Part shown: positions 51,545-64,000 of the stretch, piece by piece
Layout of the letters: each line of letters begins with the position of its first letter
Numbering within the stretch: the first letter of the stretch is position 1
From: Malacoraja senta
Taxonomy: Eukaryota
DNA: 64,000 bases
Direction of reading: 5' to 3'
Assembly: GCA_038087875.1 (NCBI GenBank)
Contig: JAXLNO010000571.1
Location: 1-64,000 of the forward strand
Notes under the pieces: model-generated
What the model saw: the letters and a program-made list of their open reading frames with translations, nothing else
Databases searched by the model: none
What the model was told of the DNA's origin: nothing
Translations under genes and position numbers: made by a program

Positions 51545-52653
51545 CGCTCACGATAAAAGAAATATAAGTGGAACAATGTTAAAACTCTCACAGGAGAAAT
51601 GAGTTTTGTCACTTTTATCATCCCTGAACCTTTAAAATTTTAATACACAGTTGGCATGAACTGATTCAGCACTATATGTGTTAGATGGCTCGTCACCCAT
51701 TTTATACAAGCAAGAATTAGCTGAATTATATCACCATTTGTATAGTCTTAGTGAAGTGAATTCAACAATAATGAAAGCCAATTAAATACTTCAGGTTGAA
51801 TTTTCACTTGGGCCCAAGCTGAGATTTGCAGCTCTATATCTCAGATGGGGCTGTGATCTTAGCATTCTGTCATAATATCTGAGCATCAACTTCAGGGAGA
51901 ACATTTCCTGATGCTTAACGTAGGTAGGCTGGACAAGAAGAATGTTCTGTGGCACTGAGCAGCTAAATTTACAGCAGGATAAGAACAGATTTATTTATTT
52001 TAGACCTCTTGAGACCTGTGTGAATTTAGAATTCTTTCAAATTTTATCTATCTTAGACTTAAAAACCTCAAAACTATTGTGACATTGCCACAAGACTGTA
52101 ATGTGGCCACCTGACTTAGTCGGATATAATAAGGGAATAATATTGCACTCTAATGCAGGGCTAAAAGAGAAAAGAGACTTGCAAAAATAAATACTAATCC
52201 TGAAAATGAGGCAATAATCATCTAGTTTTTAAATTATGATTTTTGAACTATATTTAATATTTCCTCTCATAAAATGAAAACAAAATACCAAGCCTACTAT
52301 ATTATGCCAATTATTTCTCCCCTGAGTATTTTTATCTGTAGAAAGCTTTGGTTATTTCAATATAAGAAGAAAAAATCAGTTATGTTTTGGTTTTTGTAAT
52401 ATTAACATTATCAAAGCCAGGCATTTTTCTCAGAATATCTAATGATTAAAGTCTGCCACATAAGATCTGACGATTTCATTCCATTTGATCACATTTAATT
52501 TGATCTGCTTATCTTTAATTGAATAGTTTATTTTTAAATGTACTCGAACTGACTATGGAACCAGTTGATTTCCCTGTGCAATCTTCCTACAGAGAATCAT
52601 TAAAATATAATATGATTCATATTTTATATACATGTACATTTATATAATTATAC

Positions 52654-52938
52654 AGCAGTAGAGTTGTTGCCTTACAGTGCCAAAGACCCAGGTTCGATCC
52701 TGACTATGGCTGCTGTCCGTACAGAGTATGTACATTCTCCCAGTGACCGCGTGTGTTTTCCCCGGGTGCTCCGGTTTCCTCCCACACCTCGGTTTCCTCC
52801 AAAGTTTGTAGGTTAATTGGCTTCAGTAAAAATTGCAGATTGTCCCCTAGTGTAGGATAGGGCTAGTGTACTGGGTAGTCATTGGGTGGCACGGACTTGG
52901 TGGGCCTGTTTCCGCATTGTATCTTTAAACTAAACTAA
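52654..52938 (+). mobile_element. HE1-like SINE
   Basis: B-box GGTTCGATCC, core, tail. Confidence 0.87.
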
Positions 52939-53547
52939 CATTTTAGTTTCAATGTTAATTAAGGATTACCAGAAGGTGCAGAACAAGATTAAACTCCTTC
53001 AAGAAAACATGATTTTTCTAGAAAATATAAAATGCTTAATTCAGTGGAACAACAAATGAAATTCAAATGAATTTCTTGCACTATCTTGGTGCCTGAGGTA
53101 GTAGGTTCAATCATTTTCCACATGCCTGGTTTCCGCAAGAAGCCCATGTGTCTGTTACTTGTCAGCCTCTTTATACGTGATCTGGTCACTTACACCGATT
53201 ACATGCTCACCAACTGAATCAGTAATTTTCTAAGGCTGTGGACAAGTACATAATGAATGGAAGGACCTTTGTAACTTTGTCAGTGCCAACACGGGCAACA
53301 CTTGTGTACTACCTAGTTTGTATGCAAAACAAAGCATTTTTGTCCCACTGAGTTGCTCCAGTATTTTGTGTCTATCTTCGGTGTAAACCAGCATCTGCAG
53401 TTCCTTCCTACACTTTTCACCATACCTAGGTGCCCTACATACATGTGACAATAAAGTATCATTCATTCATTCATTATATATGGATCTAAGTGCACCGGTC
53501 CAACGAACCCTGAAGGTGGCAGCACATGTAGATAAGGTGTTGAATAT

Positions 53548-54557
53548 GGTCGTGTGCGGACGGGACGTCGAAAGACGAGAAGCCGAAGCCAAGAAGTAGA
53601 AGCCAGGATACCGAACAGACATGACGCCGAAAGGATATGAAACCGAATGGAGACGACGCCGAAAGGATTCGAACCCGAATGGACATGATGCCTTAAGGAC
53701 ATGAACCTGAACGAACACCACGCCGCAAAGACAGGACGCAGAACGGACATGACGTCGAAAAGCAGCCGAACAGACATGACGTCTCTGGGAATGGGATTTG
53801 TCCGAGACCTTGTCAGCGATTGATCCAGACCCCCGCGTCCATCACATCACTGGCCAGGGAGAGACGGGAGGGCGAGGGAGCTTCAGCTTGTGTTTGTAAA
53901 ATGGTGGCAGTTACTCCAAGCTGCTGCGATTGCCACAGAGGCTGTGATGTGATGGACGGCGCGGGGGTCTGGCTCAATCGCTGACCTTTGTCGATGACTG
54001 ACAAGGTGTCGAACCCATCCCGTCCCCGGAGATGTACAAGGTACAACAATTTAACTATATCAAATTGTAACAAGGTACAACAATTCTTGCAGCAAATATA
54101 GATTTTTTAAAGTGTTTCTTACCTATTTATCATTTCAGTTTCACGTGCGTTTGGTGTCAGATTGTTTTTCGACTTAAAATCTGACGGGGAACGAACATGA
54201 TGTTGAAAAGCCTCTGAGGCAATCGCAGCAGCTTGGAGCCACTGCCACCATTTTACAAACGCAAGCTCAAGTCCCCCCCCCCCCCCCCCCCCGGCCAGTG
54301 ATATGATGGCCGCAGGGGTCTGGACCAATCGCTGACCTTTGTCAATGACTGACAAGGTGTCGGACCAATCCCGTCTCCGGAGACGTCATGTCCGTTCGGC
54401 TGCTTTTCAACATCATGTCCGTTCTGCGTCTCCGTTCGTGTCCTTTCGGCGTGATGTACTTTTGGTATCTTGGCTTTTCGGCATGATGCACTTTCGGTAT
54501 CTTGGCTTCCACTTCTTGGCTCCGGCTTCTCATCCTTCAACGTCCCGTCCAGGTACC
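53548..54557. mobile_element. Foldback-like non-autonomous element with long modular inverted arms
   Basis: 53548-53945 is inverted at ~54198-54557; ~15-bp CCGAA-periodic subrepeats; interrupts a CR1 fragment. Confidence 0.75.
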
Positions 54558-55086
54558 AAATATGGTATATAATAGTCGTGCCTTCATTTGCCATGACTTT
54601 AAAGACAGCTGCAGTTAGATTATGATGCAACTGTATAAATTCCTCTTGGGCTACTGCATACTGTACTGTTTGTAATGTTATAAGAAGGACATGATTGCAC
54701 TGGTGAAGGTGCAGAGCAGACTCATCAGGATGTTGCCCAGGATGGAGAGTTTCAGGGACTGTTTCTTCCCAGCTGTAATCAGACAACTGAATCATCCTAC
54801 CACAACCAGAGAGCAGTGCTGATCTATTAGCTACCTCTATGATGACCCTCAGACTATCCTTGATCAGACTTTGCTGGCTTTACCTTGCACTAAATGTTAT
54901 TTCCTTATCATGTATCTATACACTGTAAATGAATTGATTGTAATCATGTATTGTCTTTCTGGTTAGCTTGCGACAAAAGCTTTTCACTGTACCTCGGTCC
55001 ACGTGACAAGAAACTAAACAGAACTGAAACTGAGTAAAGATTGGGTTGTCTGAGCTGTTTTCTTTGTATTATCAGAGGCTGACAGG

Positions 55087-55377
55087 GTTTAGCTTAGTTT
55101 AGTTTAGAGATACAGTGTGTAAACAGGCCCTTCGGCTCACGCCAACTAACGGTCACCTGTACATATTTCTATCCTACACACTAGGGCCAATTTATGGAAG
55201 CAAATTAACCTACAAACCTGTACAGCTTTGGAGTGTGGGAGGAAACTGGAACACTCAGTGAAATCACATGTGGTCACAGGGAGAATGTATAAGCTGCCTA
55301 CAGACAGTACCCATGGTCAGGATCGAACCCGGGTCTCTGACAATACGAGGCAGCAGCTCTACTGCTAGCCACGGTGC
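55087..55377 (-). mobile_element. HE1-like SINE
   Basis: Full-length reverse copy. Confidence 0.85.
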
Positions 55378-56854
55378 AGATGTACACAATTATAGGTGGT
55401 ATAAATGGGGTAGATAGTGAGAAACAATACCCTACAGCATAGCCATCTAATACTGGAGAGCATAGGTAATTTAGTTAAAATTAGAGAGAATCGGAGGAAA
55501 ACATTTGTCACCATTCGGTGGTTGGAAAGCCATGCCTGATAGGGTGGCGAAAGCAGGTATTCTTACAACATTTAAGTAATAGCACTTGAATTACCAATAC
55601 GTAGAAGACTTAGGGCCAAGTGCTGCTAAATGAAATTTGTGTAGATAAGTACTGGAAGGTTGCATTGGGCATTGTGGGCCAAAAGACATGTTTCTCTGCT
55701 GTATGACACTATGACTACATTGCATTTTATTGGTGACTGCATTACTAAGTCATTTCCAAGCCTGAAAAAACATACAAGATCTTCAATTTACTGAGGGCTT
55801 TGTGCAGCACACCTTTGTCTAAAAGATGATCTTCTGGCATTTTCATCTCAGGTGGACATGGGAGCCTTTTGTTGAGTTGAAGGTCTACAAATAAGTTGTA
55901 TCCATTCTCACTTTCCTGCTGAGCAGAATGACCATAATTTTATCTTGCTGCCAGATACATAAAGAAACTCAACAGATTTAAATAATATTTCCAAATATTT
56001 TGAAAATAATGAAACATTTTAGAGTATGGAGGAAGGTATGGAAGAAAAACAAGATGACTGTGTGTTCATACAGAATTGAAAATGTTTTCAGTTAATCTTT
56101 CAGTTGAGTTTTAAATGTTGAAAGCTCTTGCCTTGGTTGGCCGCAAATAAATCTGAAGGTGGCTTTAAATAGCAGCAGCGTTTATATCGTTGGATGCTTT
56201 ATCCTAATAATGCTTCCCTTGTTAGATCTGATTCCATGAAATACTCTAGCTTGGGTTTAAATCTTTAAATTTAATGCAAAATATGTTTTTAACAAAGCCA
56301 TATTTCCAAAAGATACAAGATATTATGACTTTCGAAAGATTTTTGGACAGATGTATGGAGAGAAAAGTTTACAGCGATATGTCAAATGCAGACAAATGGA
56401 ATTTTCCCACAATACCCACTCTGTGACTCTATATTTTACATTGATGCTACAAACTTTGTGATTATCTTTCTCTCAGACATACAGGTAAGAGCAAATTAAT
56501 GGATATAGATGATCAGCATGGTATCAGGTGGACTGAAGGACCTGTTTCTGTGCTGTATGACTCTTTGTTTCTGTGACTAAAGACAGTCAAGGGTGTTTTT
56601 GTGGTCATGTGTACCAAAGCAAAACAATGAAATTCTTAGTTGCAGAAGCTAACTCCTCAACATTTCCTCCAAGCTTTGTTTGTTGTGCAAATATAGATGG
56701 AAATTGGTGTCTGAATTTGTGTAGTCTTACTAACCATTGCCCTCCCTGAGCACCTGACCTGATTGGAATGATTGATCTTGTAATGCATATAATTGTCATG
56801 TCAATCTTTATGAGGGAATATTGCTACATATAAATAGATATGTATATGTATAAA

Positions 56855-59624
56855 TAGGATGAGTTGAATGTGGAGATAGCTATTAATGATTATGATATAG
56901 TTGGGATCACGGAGACATGGCTCCAGGGTGACCAAGGCTGGGAGCTGAACATCCAGGGATATTCAATATTCAGGATGGATAGACAGAAAGGAAAAGGAGG
57001 TGGGGTAGCGTTGCTGGTTAGAGAGGAGATTAACGCAATAGAAAGGAAGGACATTAGCTTGGAGGATGTGGAATCGATATGGGTAGAGCTGCGAAACACT
57101 AAGGAGCAGAAAACGCTAGTGGGTGTTGTGTACAGGGCACCTAACAGTAGTAGTGGACTTGGGGATGGCATCAAACAGGAAATTAGAAATGCACGCAACA
57201 AAGGTAAAACAGTTATAATGGGTGACTTCAATCTACATATTGATTGGGTGAATCAAATTGGCAGGGGTGCTGAGGAAGAGGATTTCTTGGAATGTATGCG
57301 GGGTAGTTTTCTAAACCAACATGTTGAGGAACCAACGAGAGAGTAGGCTATTCTAGACTAGGTATTGAGTAATGAGGGTTAGTTAGCAGTCTTGTTGTAC
57401 GTGGCCCCTTGGACAAGAGTGACCATAACATGGTTGAGTTCTTCATTAGGATGGAGAGTGACATTGTTAATTCAGAAACAAGGGTCCTGAACTTAAAGAA
57501 AGGTAACTTTGAGGGTATGAGACGTGAATTGGCCAAGATAGACTGGCAATTGATTCTTAAAGGGTTGACGGTGGATATGCAATGGAAGGCATTTAAAGAC
57601 TGCATGGATGAACTACAACAATTGTTCATCTCAGTTTGGCAAAAGAATAAATCAGGGAAGGTAGTGCATCCGTGGATAACAAGGGAAATCAGGGATAGTA
57701 TAGAAAAAAAGATGAAGCGTACAAATTAGCCAGAAAAAGCAGCCTACCAGAGGACTGGGAGAAATTCAGTCCAGCAGAGGAGGACAAAGGGCTTAATTAG
57801 GAAAGGGAAAATAGATTATGAAAGAAAACTGGCAGGGAACATAAAAACTGACTGCAAACGTTTTTATAGATATGTGAAGAGAAAAAGATTAGTTAAAACA
57901 AATGTAGGTCCCTTGCAGTCAGAAACAGGTGAATTGATCATGGGGAATAAGGACATGGCAGACCAATTGAATAACTACTTTGGTTCTGTCTTCACTAAGG
58001 AAGACATAAATAATCTGCCGGATATAGCAGGGGACCGCGGGTCAAATGAGATGGAGGAACTGAGTGAAATCCAGGTTAGCCGGGAAGTGGTGTTAGGTAA
58101 ATTAAATGGATTAAAGGCTGATAAATCCCCAGGGCCAGATAGGCTGCATCCCAGAGTACTTAAGGAAGTAGCTCCAGAAATAGTGGATGCATTAGTGATC
58201 ATTTTTCAAAACTCTTTAGATTCTGGAGTAGTTCCTGAGGATTGGAGGGTAGCATCGGTAGTGGGGAAACTGCTAGAGTCAGTTATTAAAGATGGGATAG
58301 CAGCACATTTGGAAAGTGGTGAAATCATTGGGCAAAGTCAGCATGGATTTACGAAAGGTAAATCATGTCTGACGAATCTTATAGAATTTTTCGAGGATGT
58401 AACTAGTAGAGTGGATAAGGGAGAACCAGTGGATGTGTTATATCTGGACTTTCAAGAAGGCTTTCGACAAGGTCCCACATAAGAGATTAGTATACAAACT
58501 TAAAGTACACGGTATTGGGGGTTCAGTATTGATGTGGATAGAGAACTGGCTGGCAAATAGGAAGCAAAGAGTAGGAGTCATCGGGTCCTTTTCAGAATGG
58601 CAGGCAGTAACTAGTGGGGTACCGCAAGGTTCAGTGCTGGGACCCCAGCTATTTACAATATATATTAATGATTTGGACGAGGGAATTGAATGCAACATCT
58701 CCAAGTTTGCGAAGCTGGGGGGCAGTGTTAGCTGTGAGGAGGATGCTAGGAGGCTGCAAGGTGACTTGGATAGGCTGGGTGAGTGGGCAAATGCATGGTA
58801 GATGCAGTATAATGTGGATAAATGTGAGGTTATCCACTTTGGTGGCAAAAACAGGAAAGTAGACTATTATCTGAATGGTGGCCGATTAGGAAAAGGGGAG
58901 ATGCAACGAGACCTGGGTGTCATGGTACACCAGTCATTGAAAGTAGGCATGCAGGTGCAGCAGGCAGTGAAGAAAGCAAATGGTATGTTTGCATTCATAG
59001 CAAAAGGATTTGAGTATAGGAGCAGGGAGGTTCTACTGCAGTTGTACAGGGTCTTGGTGAGACCACACCTGGAGTATTGCGTACAGTTTTGGTCTCCAAA
59101 TCTGAGGAAAGACATTCTTGCCATAGAGGGAGTACAGAGAAGGTTCACCAGACTGATTCCTGGGATGTCAGGACTTTCATATGAAGAAAGACTGGATAGA
59201 CTCGGCTTGTACTCGCTAGAATTTAGAAGATTGAGGGGGGATCTTATAGAAACTTACAAAATTCTTAAGGGGTTGGACAGGCTAGATGCAGGAAGATTGT
59301 TCCCGATGTTGGGGAAGGACAAGGGGTCACAGTTTAAGGATAAGGGGGAAATCTTTTAGGACCGAGATGAGAAAAACATTTTTCACACAGAGAGTGGTGA
59401 ATCTCTGGAATTCTCTGCCACAGAAGGTAGTTGAGGCCAGTTCATTGGCTATATTAAAGAAGGAGTTAGATGTGGCCCTTGTAGCTAAAGGGATCAGGGG
59501 GTATGGAGAGAAGGCAGGTACAGGATACTGAGTTGGATGATCAGCCATGATCATATTGAATGGCGGTGCAGGTTCGAAGGGCCGAATGGCCTACTCTTGC
59601 ACCTATTTTCTATTTTTCTATGTT
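56855..59624 (+). mobile_element. CR1 LINE, nearly complete ORF2 (APE plus RT), multiple stops/frameshifts
   Basis: [63 protein letters not shown]1 3' UTR. Confidence 0.97.
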
Positions 59625-60049
59625 ACTGATATTTTAAGCAAACTATGTTTTAACTATTTCTTCACGTCTAACAAAGATAATATACTGTATGTATATATTT
59701 GTATGTAGACATTAAAATGTAGAAAATATTTTTATATGTTCAGCAGTATTCCCAATATAATGAATGGATCTGGTATCCTGCAGTACCTCCCTCAAATTAT
59801 TATTTTGTGGAAGAAATATTTATGCCGGAATCAGCAACAGTGGTTGCTCCAATTTCACATCACATAATTCAAACAATATTTTATTTTCCCGTGTTCCAGA
59901 TTCCAGTGATTCCATGCATAGGGTTTGTTAAAACATCAAAAACTCTCAAAGATTTCAAAAGTTCAAAATGAACTGGTGTTTGCATATTCTGCCAGTGACT
60001 GTGGGTTTCCTCTGGATGTTCCAGTTTCCTCCCACATCCCAAAGACATG

Positions 60050-60405
60050 CTGGCCCTCTCAACCTGGCCACAAACTCTTTGAATCGCTTCCCTCTGGAAG
60101 GCGATTCCGGACTGTCAAAGCTGCCACAGCCAGACATAAAAACAGATTTTTTCCCACGAGTAGTAGCACTACTCAATAACCAAAAATCTGCAGCCTCCTT
60201 TTGCTCTGGTATTTTGTTTAATTCACATGTTTAATCAATAATGTTTTATTATTAATGTTTAATGTTTTATGTATCCTTCTTAACTGTCACTGTATATCAT
60301 GTTGTCACTTGTGAGCAGAGCACCAAGGCAAATTCCTTGTATGTGAATACTTGGCCAATAAACTTATTCATTCATAAACTCATTCATTCATTCATTCATT
60401 CATTC
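60050..60405 (+). mobile_element. Rex1/Babar-like 3' end with (CATT)n tail, inserted in a SINE remnant (~59990-60530)
   Basis: QPGHKLFESLPSGRRFRTVKAATARHKNRFFP; SINE core resumes GTTTGTAGGTTAATTG. Confidence 0.8.
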
Positions 60406-60926
60406 GTTTGTAGGTTAATTGACTGCTGTAAATTGTCCCCAGTATGTAGGGAGTGGATGAGAAAATGGAATAACATGGAACTAGTGTGAATGGGTGATTA
60501 TTGATTGGTGTGGACTTGGTGGGCTGAATTCCCAAGTAGCTGTTAGATATGTCCTTCGGATTTCAAATGGTTGAATTTTAAATTTTGCCAACTCTATTTT
60601 GCTGAATCTATATGATGAAATACTTGCAATTTCCTACAGTAAACTGATCAGAGGGGAAAGTGGAACATTTGAAAATGAAGATCACTTGTATATTCCAGTG
60701 TCAAATCCATCCCAAACAAGATGTTGCAGCACGCTGTCACAATATCCTACACACTGTGTTGAATGAGGTGTCTACAAAACCTAAAGCAATGGAAACCAAA
60801 TAAAGATGTGCATTTGCACCAAGCTTAGGAATTATATTGGATTGGGATGAAAGAGTTGGTTTGAACAGTTGGCACTATATGTACTGGAATGCTTAGGTGA
60901 GCTTATTGAAACATATAAGATTATGT

Positions 60927-61230
60927 GGCACAGTGGTGCAGCTGATAGAGCTGCTGCCTCACAGCCCCTGAGACCCAGGTTCAATATTGTCCTTGGTGCT
61001 GTCTGTGTGGAGTTTGCACGTTCTCCCTGTGATCTCCTTGGTTTCCTCTAGGTGAACCGTTTTGCTCCCACATCTCAAAGATGTATGGATTTGCAGGTTA
61101 ATTGGCCTCCTTAAATTGCCACTAGTGTGTAGGGAGTGGACACGAAAGTGGGATAACATAGCGTGATCGATAGTGGGCATGGACTCGGTGGGCCGAAGGA
61201 CACGTTTCCACGCCGTCTCTCTAAACTAAA
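60927..61230 (+). mobile_element. HE1-like SINE
   Basis: Full-length diverged copy. Confidence 0.85.
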
Positions 61231-61573
61231 AACCAAAATCTTGACAAGGTAGATGATGAGAGGATATTTCCCTCTTGGCAGAGTCTACAATTAGAAGTTG
61301 TCTACTTCAGATGAATGTGAACAGGAATTTCTTTCCTTGATGAATGATACATCTTTTGAGTTCTCTCCCCCAGATCGTTATGGAGGCTGAGTCATTGATT
61401 ATATTGAAGGTCACCTCAATTAGATCATTGGATTTTGGTGCAATAGAGAGCAATACAAGCCATAACTTTATTAAATGGCAGAGCAGGTTTAAGGGGGATT
61501 GTAGCCAATTCCCACTCCCACTTCTTGTGCTCTTATGATTTTATGGATGTATATTATTGCCACTCCTCAATAG

Positions 61574-61634
61574 CACAAAGGTTAGAAAAGTCTCTGGAGA
61601 ATGCTATTATACTGGCATCCATTGAAGCCTCTGG
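61574..61634 (+). CDS. Candidate internal exon of unidentified gene
   Basis: CTCCTCAATAG acceptor, GG|GTAGGT donor, open frame QRLEKSLENAIILASIEAS. Confidence 0.25.
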
Positions 61635-63745
61635 GTAGGTAGGTCTGCAGAATGTTCTCACTAATAAAGGTTTTATTATTGGTGGAAAGAACAGATTGGA
61701 GCTCAGGAAATAATTGAAGCTGGACAGTGTCATTAATTACATGGCCGTGTGTCATGAAGTTACTCTAATTAGAAGCTATCCACAGTCTGTGAAACGACCG
61801 TGTGGTCTGAAATCTACTGGGAGCAAGAGAGGCACAGGCAAGCAGACAGATAGTATGTAGCTAAAGAAGTGTTTTTGTGCAACTGTGCACTGTGGTTTGA
61901 GATTAATGGTTTCAATATACCTGTGAGCTACAATGGATAAACCTCAGATACTGGAGAGAAAATTGACTAATTCAAGCGCAGTTGTTGCAAGGTGCATCTT
62001 TAACATTAATTGAAAACAATGGACCTGTCAATTCTCGTGATGGTTGTAAATTCCCTGCAATATTTATGCCTTGATAACCTTCTCAGTGTTATTCTGAAAA
62101 TAGCAGACAAAAATTGCATAGCAAAAAAATATTTGTGTAATCCACGCAAGAATAATTCATAATGTTTGGTTTTGTTATGGGCGGCTGAAATATTGCTTGT
62201 TTATAAATAGGCGGAGAAGCCAAGTAAACCTTGCACCATATTTGTCAAATCAAAGTCAACAGTTCAATTGTATGATTTGCTATTGCTTTTCATTGGCAAT
62301 TATGTCTACCTTTTTTTTTTAATGACATTTATACATCATTTTCATTAACTTAGGATATCTGGGCAATTCATGGGCAATTATGTATTTTGAAGCATAGTTA
62401 CTATTGTAACTTAGGAAATTGTAATGCACCAATTTGTGCACTTGTTCTCACAACAGCAGTGAGAGAACGATTAGATAACCTCTCTTAGTGAAGCCACAGC
62501 ATGATCTTATTTTCAATCTGTGTCAAGTCTTTATATCGATGCATAATATTTTTTTATCTTGCAATGACTAATTCAAAAAGGACCAGCTTGTGTCATAGAG
62601 TCATACAGTGAGGAAAAAGGCCCTTTGGTCAAACTTGGCCATGCTGATCAACATATCCCATCTACACTAGCCAACACCACCTGCCAGCATGTGGCTCCAT
62701 ATCCCTCCAGACCTATCCTATCCATGTACCCATCTAAATGCTTTTAAAATATTTACGATAGTATCTGCCTCGACTACTTCCTCCAGCAGCTCATTCCATA
62801 CATCCTGTGTCTTCAAATCTCTAACTCTTGCCTCTTATGGTTCCTTTCCCTTCCCCGATGACATAAATTCTGAATGGCAAGTGCTTCTGTATAACTGAAG
62901 CAGTTTTTTTGCTGTAAAACCATCAACAGCCTTGCCATAGCAGGATTTGATCTTTTGTCTCTGGATCAAAACTTTGGCAGCTAGTCCAATAACCTAACCA
63001 TTATACAAATCATATGTGTAGTCTCAGAGCTCTAGCAACTTTGCAGAAGTAAACAATGTTAACAAATATGTGTCTGGTCTTTCAACTTAAAGTCCAGAGC
63101 TATTGATGCAAACGTCCTTCTCACCAGGACCTCATTGAGAACAAGGATTCTCTTTTTGGGATTAGAGCCTGTACAGAATGAAATGCACTTGAGCTCAAAG
63201 ATCTTAATTACCAACTTGGAAAGATATACTGTGCCCACTCAACAGAGAAGCTTTAAGGATGCCTTCATAAGCCAATGGTTTTAGTCCCTCTAATAAATCT
63301 TAAATCACTCAATACATCACAAACCTGAAAAGAAGTGAAAGTTTCTTCATTTACTTATAATGTTTCTTGTATATTACACTATTCTTCTCCCATTTTTCTT
63401 ATATCATGTGAAGCATTATGTTCACAGTAGAAAAGGTGTGCGTTGTGGGGAATGAGAATTACAGTAAGGGGGTAACACATTTAAAATAACTTGCATTTTT
63501 GCAGTATCGATCATGACTTCAACATGTACCAAAGGCCAATTAAATAATTATGAAGTTTAGTCAGAGTATAGAGAACAACTCTGAAAACACAAACATATTA
63601 ATAATCAATCTTGGAGATTGATATTAACGGGAATCACATGAGATGCATGAAACATGCTATGAATTATTTATTGTGGGATTAGCTTTCTCATCCCTGGTTC
63701 TCTAGGCAGTAGCTCTTGAGTCTACCTAGGATATTTAATTGGCAG

Positions 63746-64000
63746 TTTAGTTTAGTTTAGAGATATAGCGTGGAAACAAGCCCTTTGACACACCGAGTCC
63801 ACGCTGACCAGCGCACTCCATACACTAGCACTACCCTACACACGAGGGACAATTTTCAATTTTTTACCAAAGCAAATTAATCTACAAACCTGTACATCTT
63901 TGGAATGTGGGAGGAAACTGGAACACTCAGAGAAAACCCATGCGGTCACGGGGAGAACGTACAAACTTCGTATAGACAGCACCCGTAGTCAGGATCAAAC
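63746..64000 (-). mobile_element. HE1-like SINE truncated by window end
   Basis: Tail and core present. Confidence 0.88.

Noticed and set aside
53094..53107. TGAGGTAGTAGGTT, identical to the first 14 nt of let-7
   Set aside because: The 3' part diverges (CAATCATT) and there is no downstream complementary arm to form a pre-miRNA hairpin.
58700..58720. Both long CR1 copies are damaged at the RT (Y/F)ADD motif (here a 9-bp loss; 1-bp loss at ~11451)
   Set aside because: Both copies carry many other lesions; two cases are compatible with chance.

Overview
Repeat-dominated vertebrate genomic DNA, most likely from a cartilaginous fish (skate/ray-like). This is inferred from HE1-like tRNA/V-SINEs, CR1/HER1-like LINEs, Penelope-derived short repeats and a Deu-domain SINE. 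No intact, recognisable host protein-coding gene is visible: only a CpG-richer promoter/first-exon-like region at the start and a few low-confidence + strand exon candidates. Well-supported elements are two near-identical 1.6 kb Tc1 (DD34E, IR/DR) copies in inverted orientation sharing a premature stop, two long decayed CR1 ORF2 copies, Rex1/Babar fragments, a 5'-truncated L1 with a 15-bp TSD, a Penelope GIY-YIG remnant with many minimal hammerhead-like motifs, a non-autonomous Helitron, hAT-like elements (one with a 6-bp TSD and host-like cargo), a Harbinger MITE, an RTE-derived short element and a foldback-like element. The most interesting unexplained signals are a duplicated C/D-box snoRNA-like unit, tiny TSD-flanked Penelope-derived insertions, and several locally templated insertions. 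Repeat-fragment boundaries are approximate unless TSD/TIR coordinates are given.
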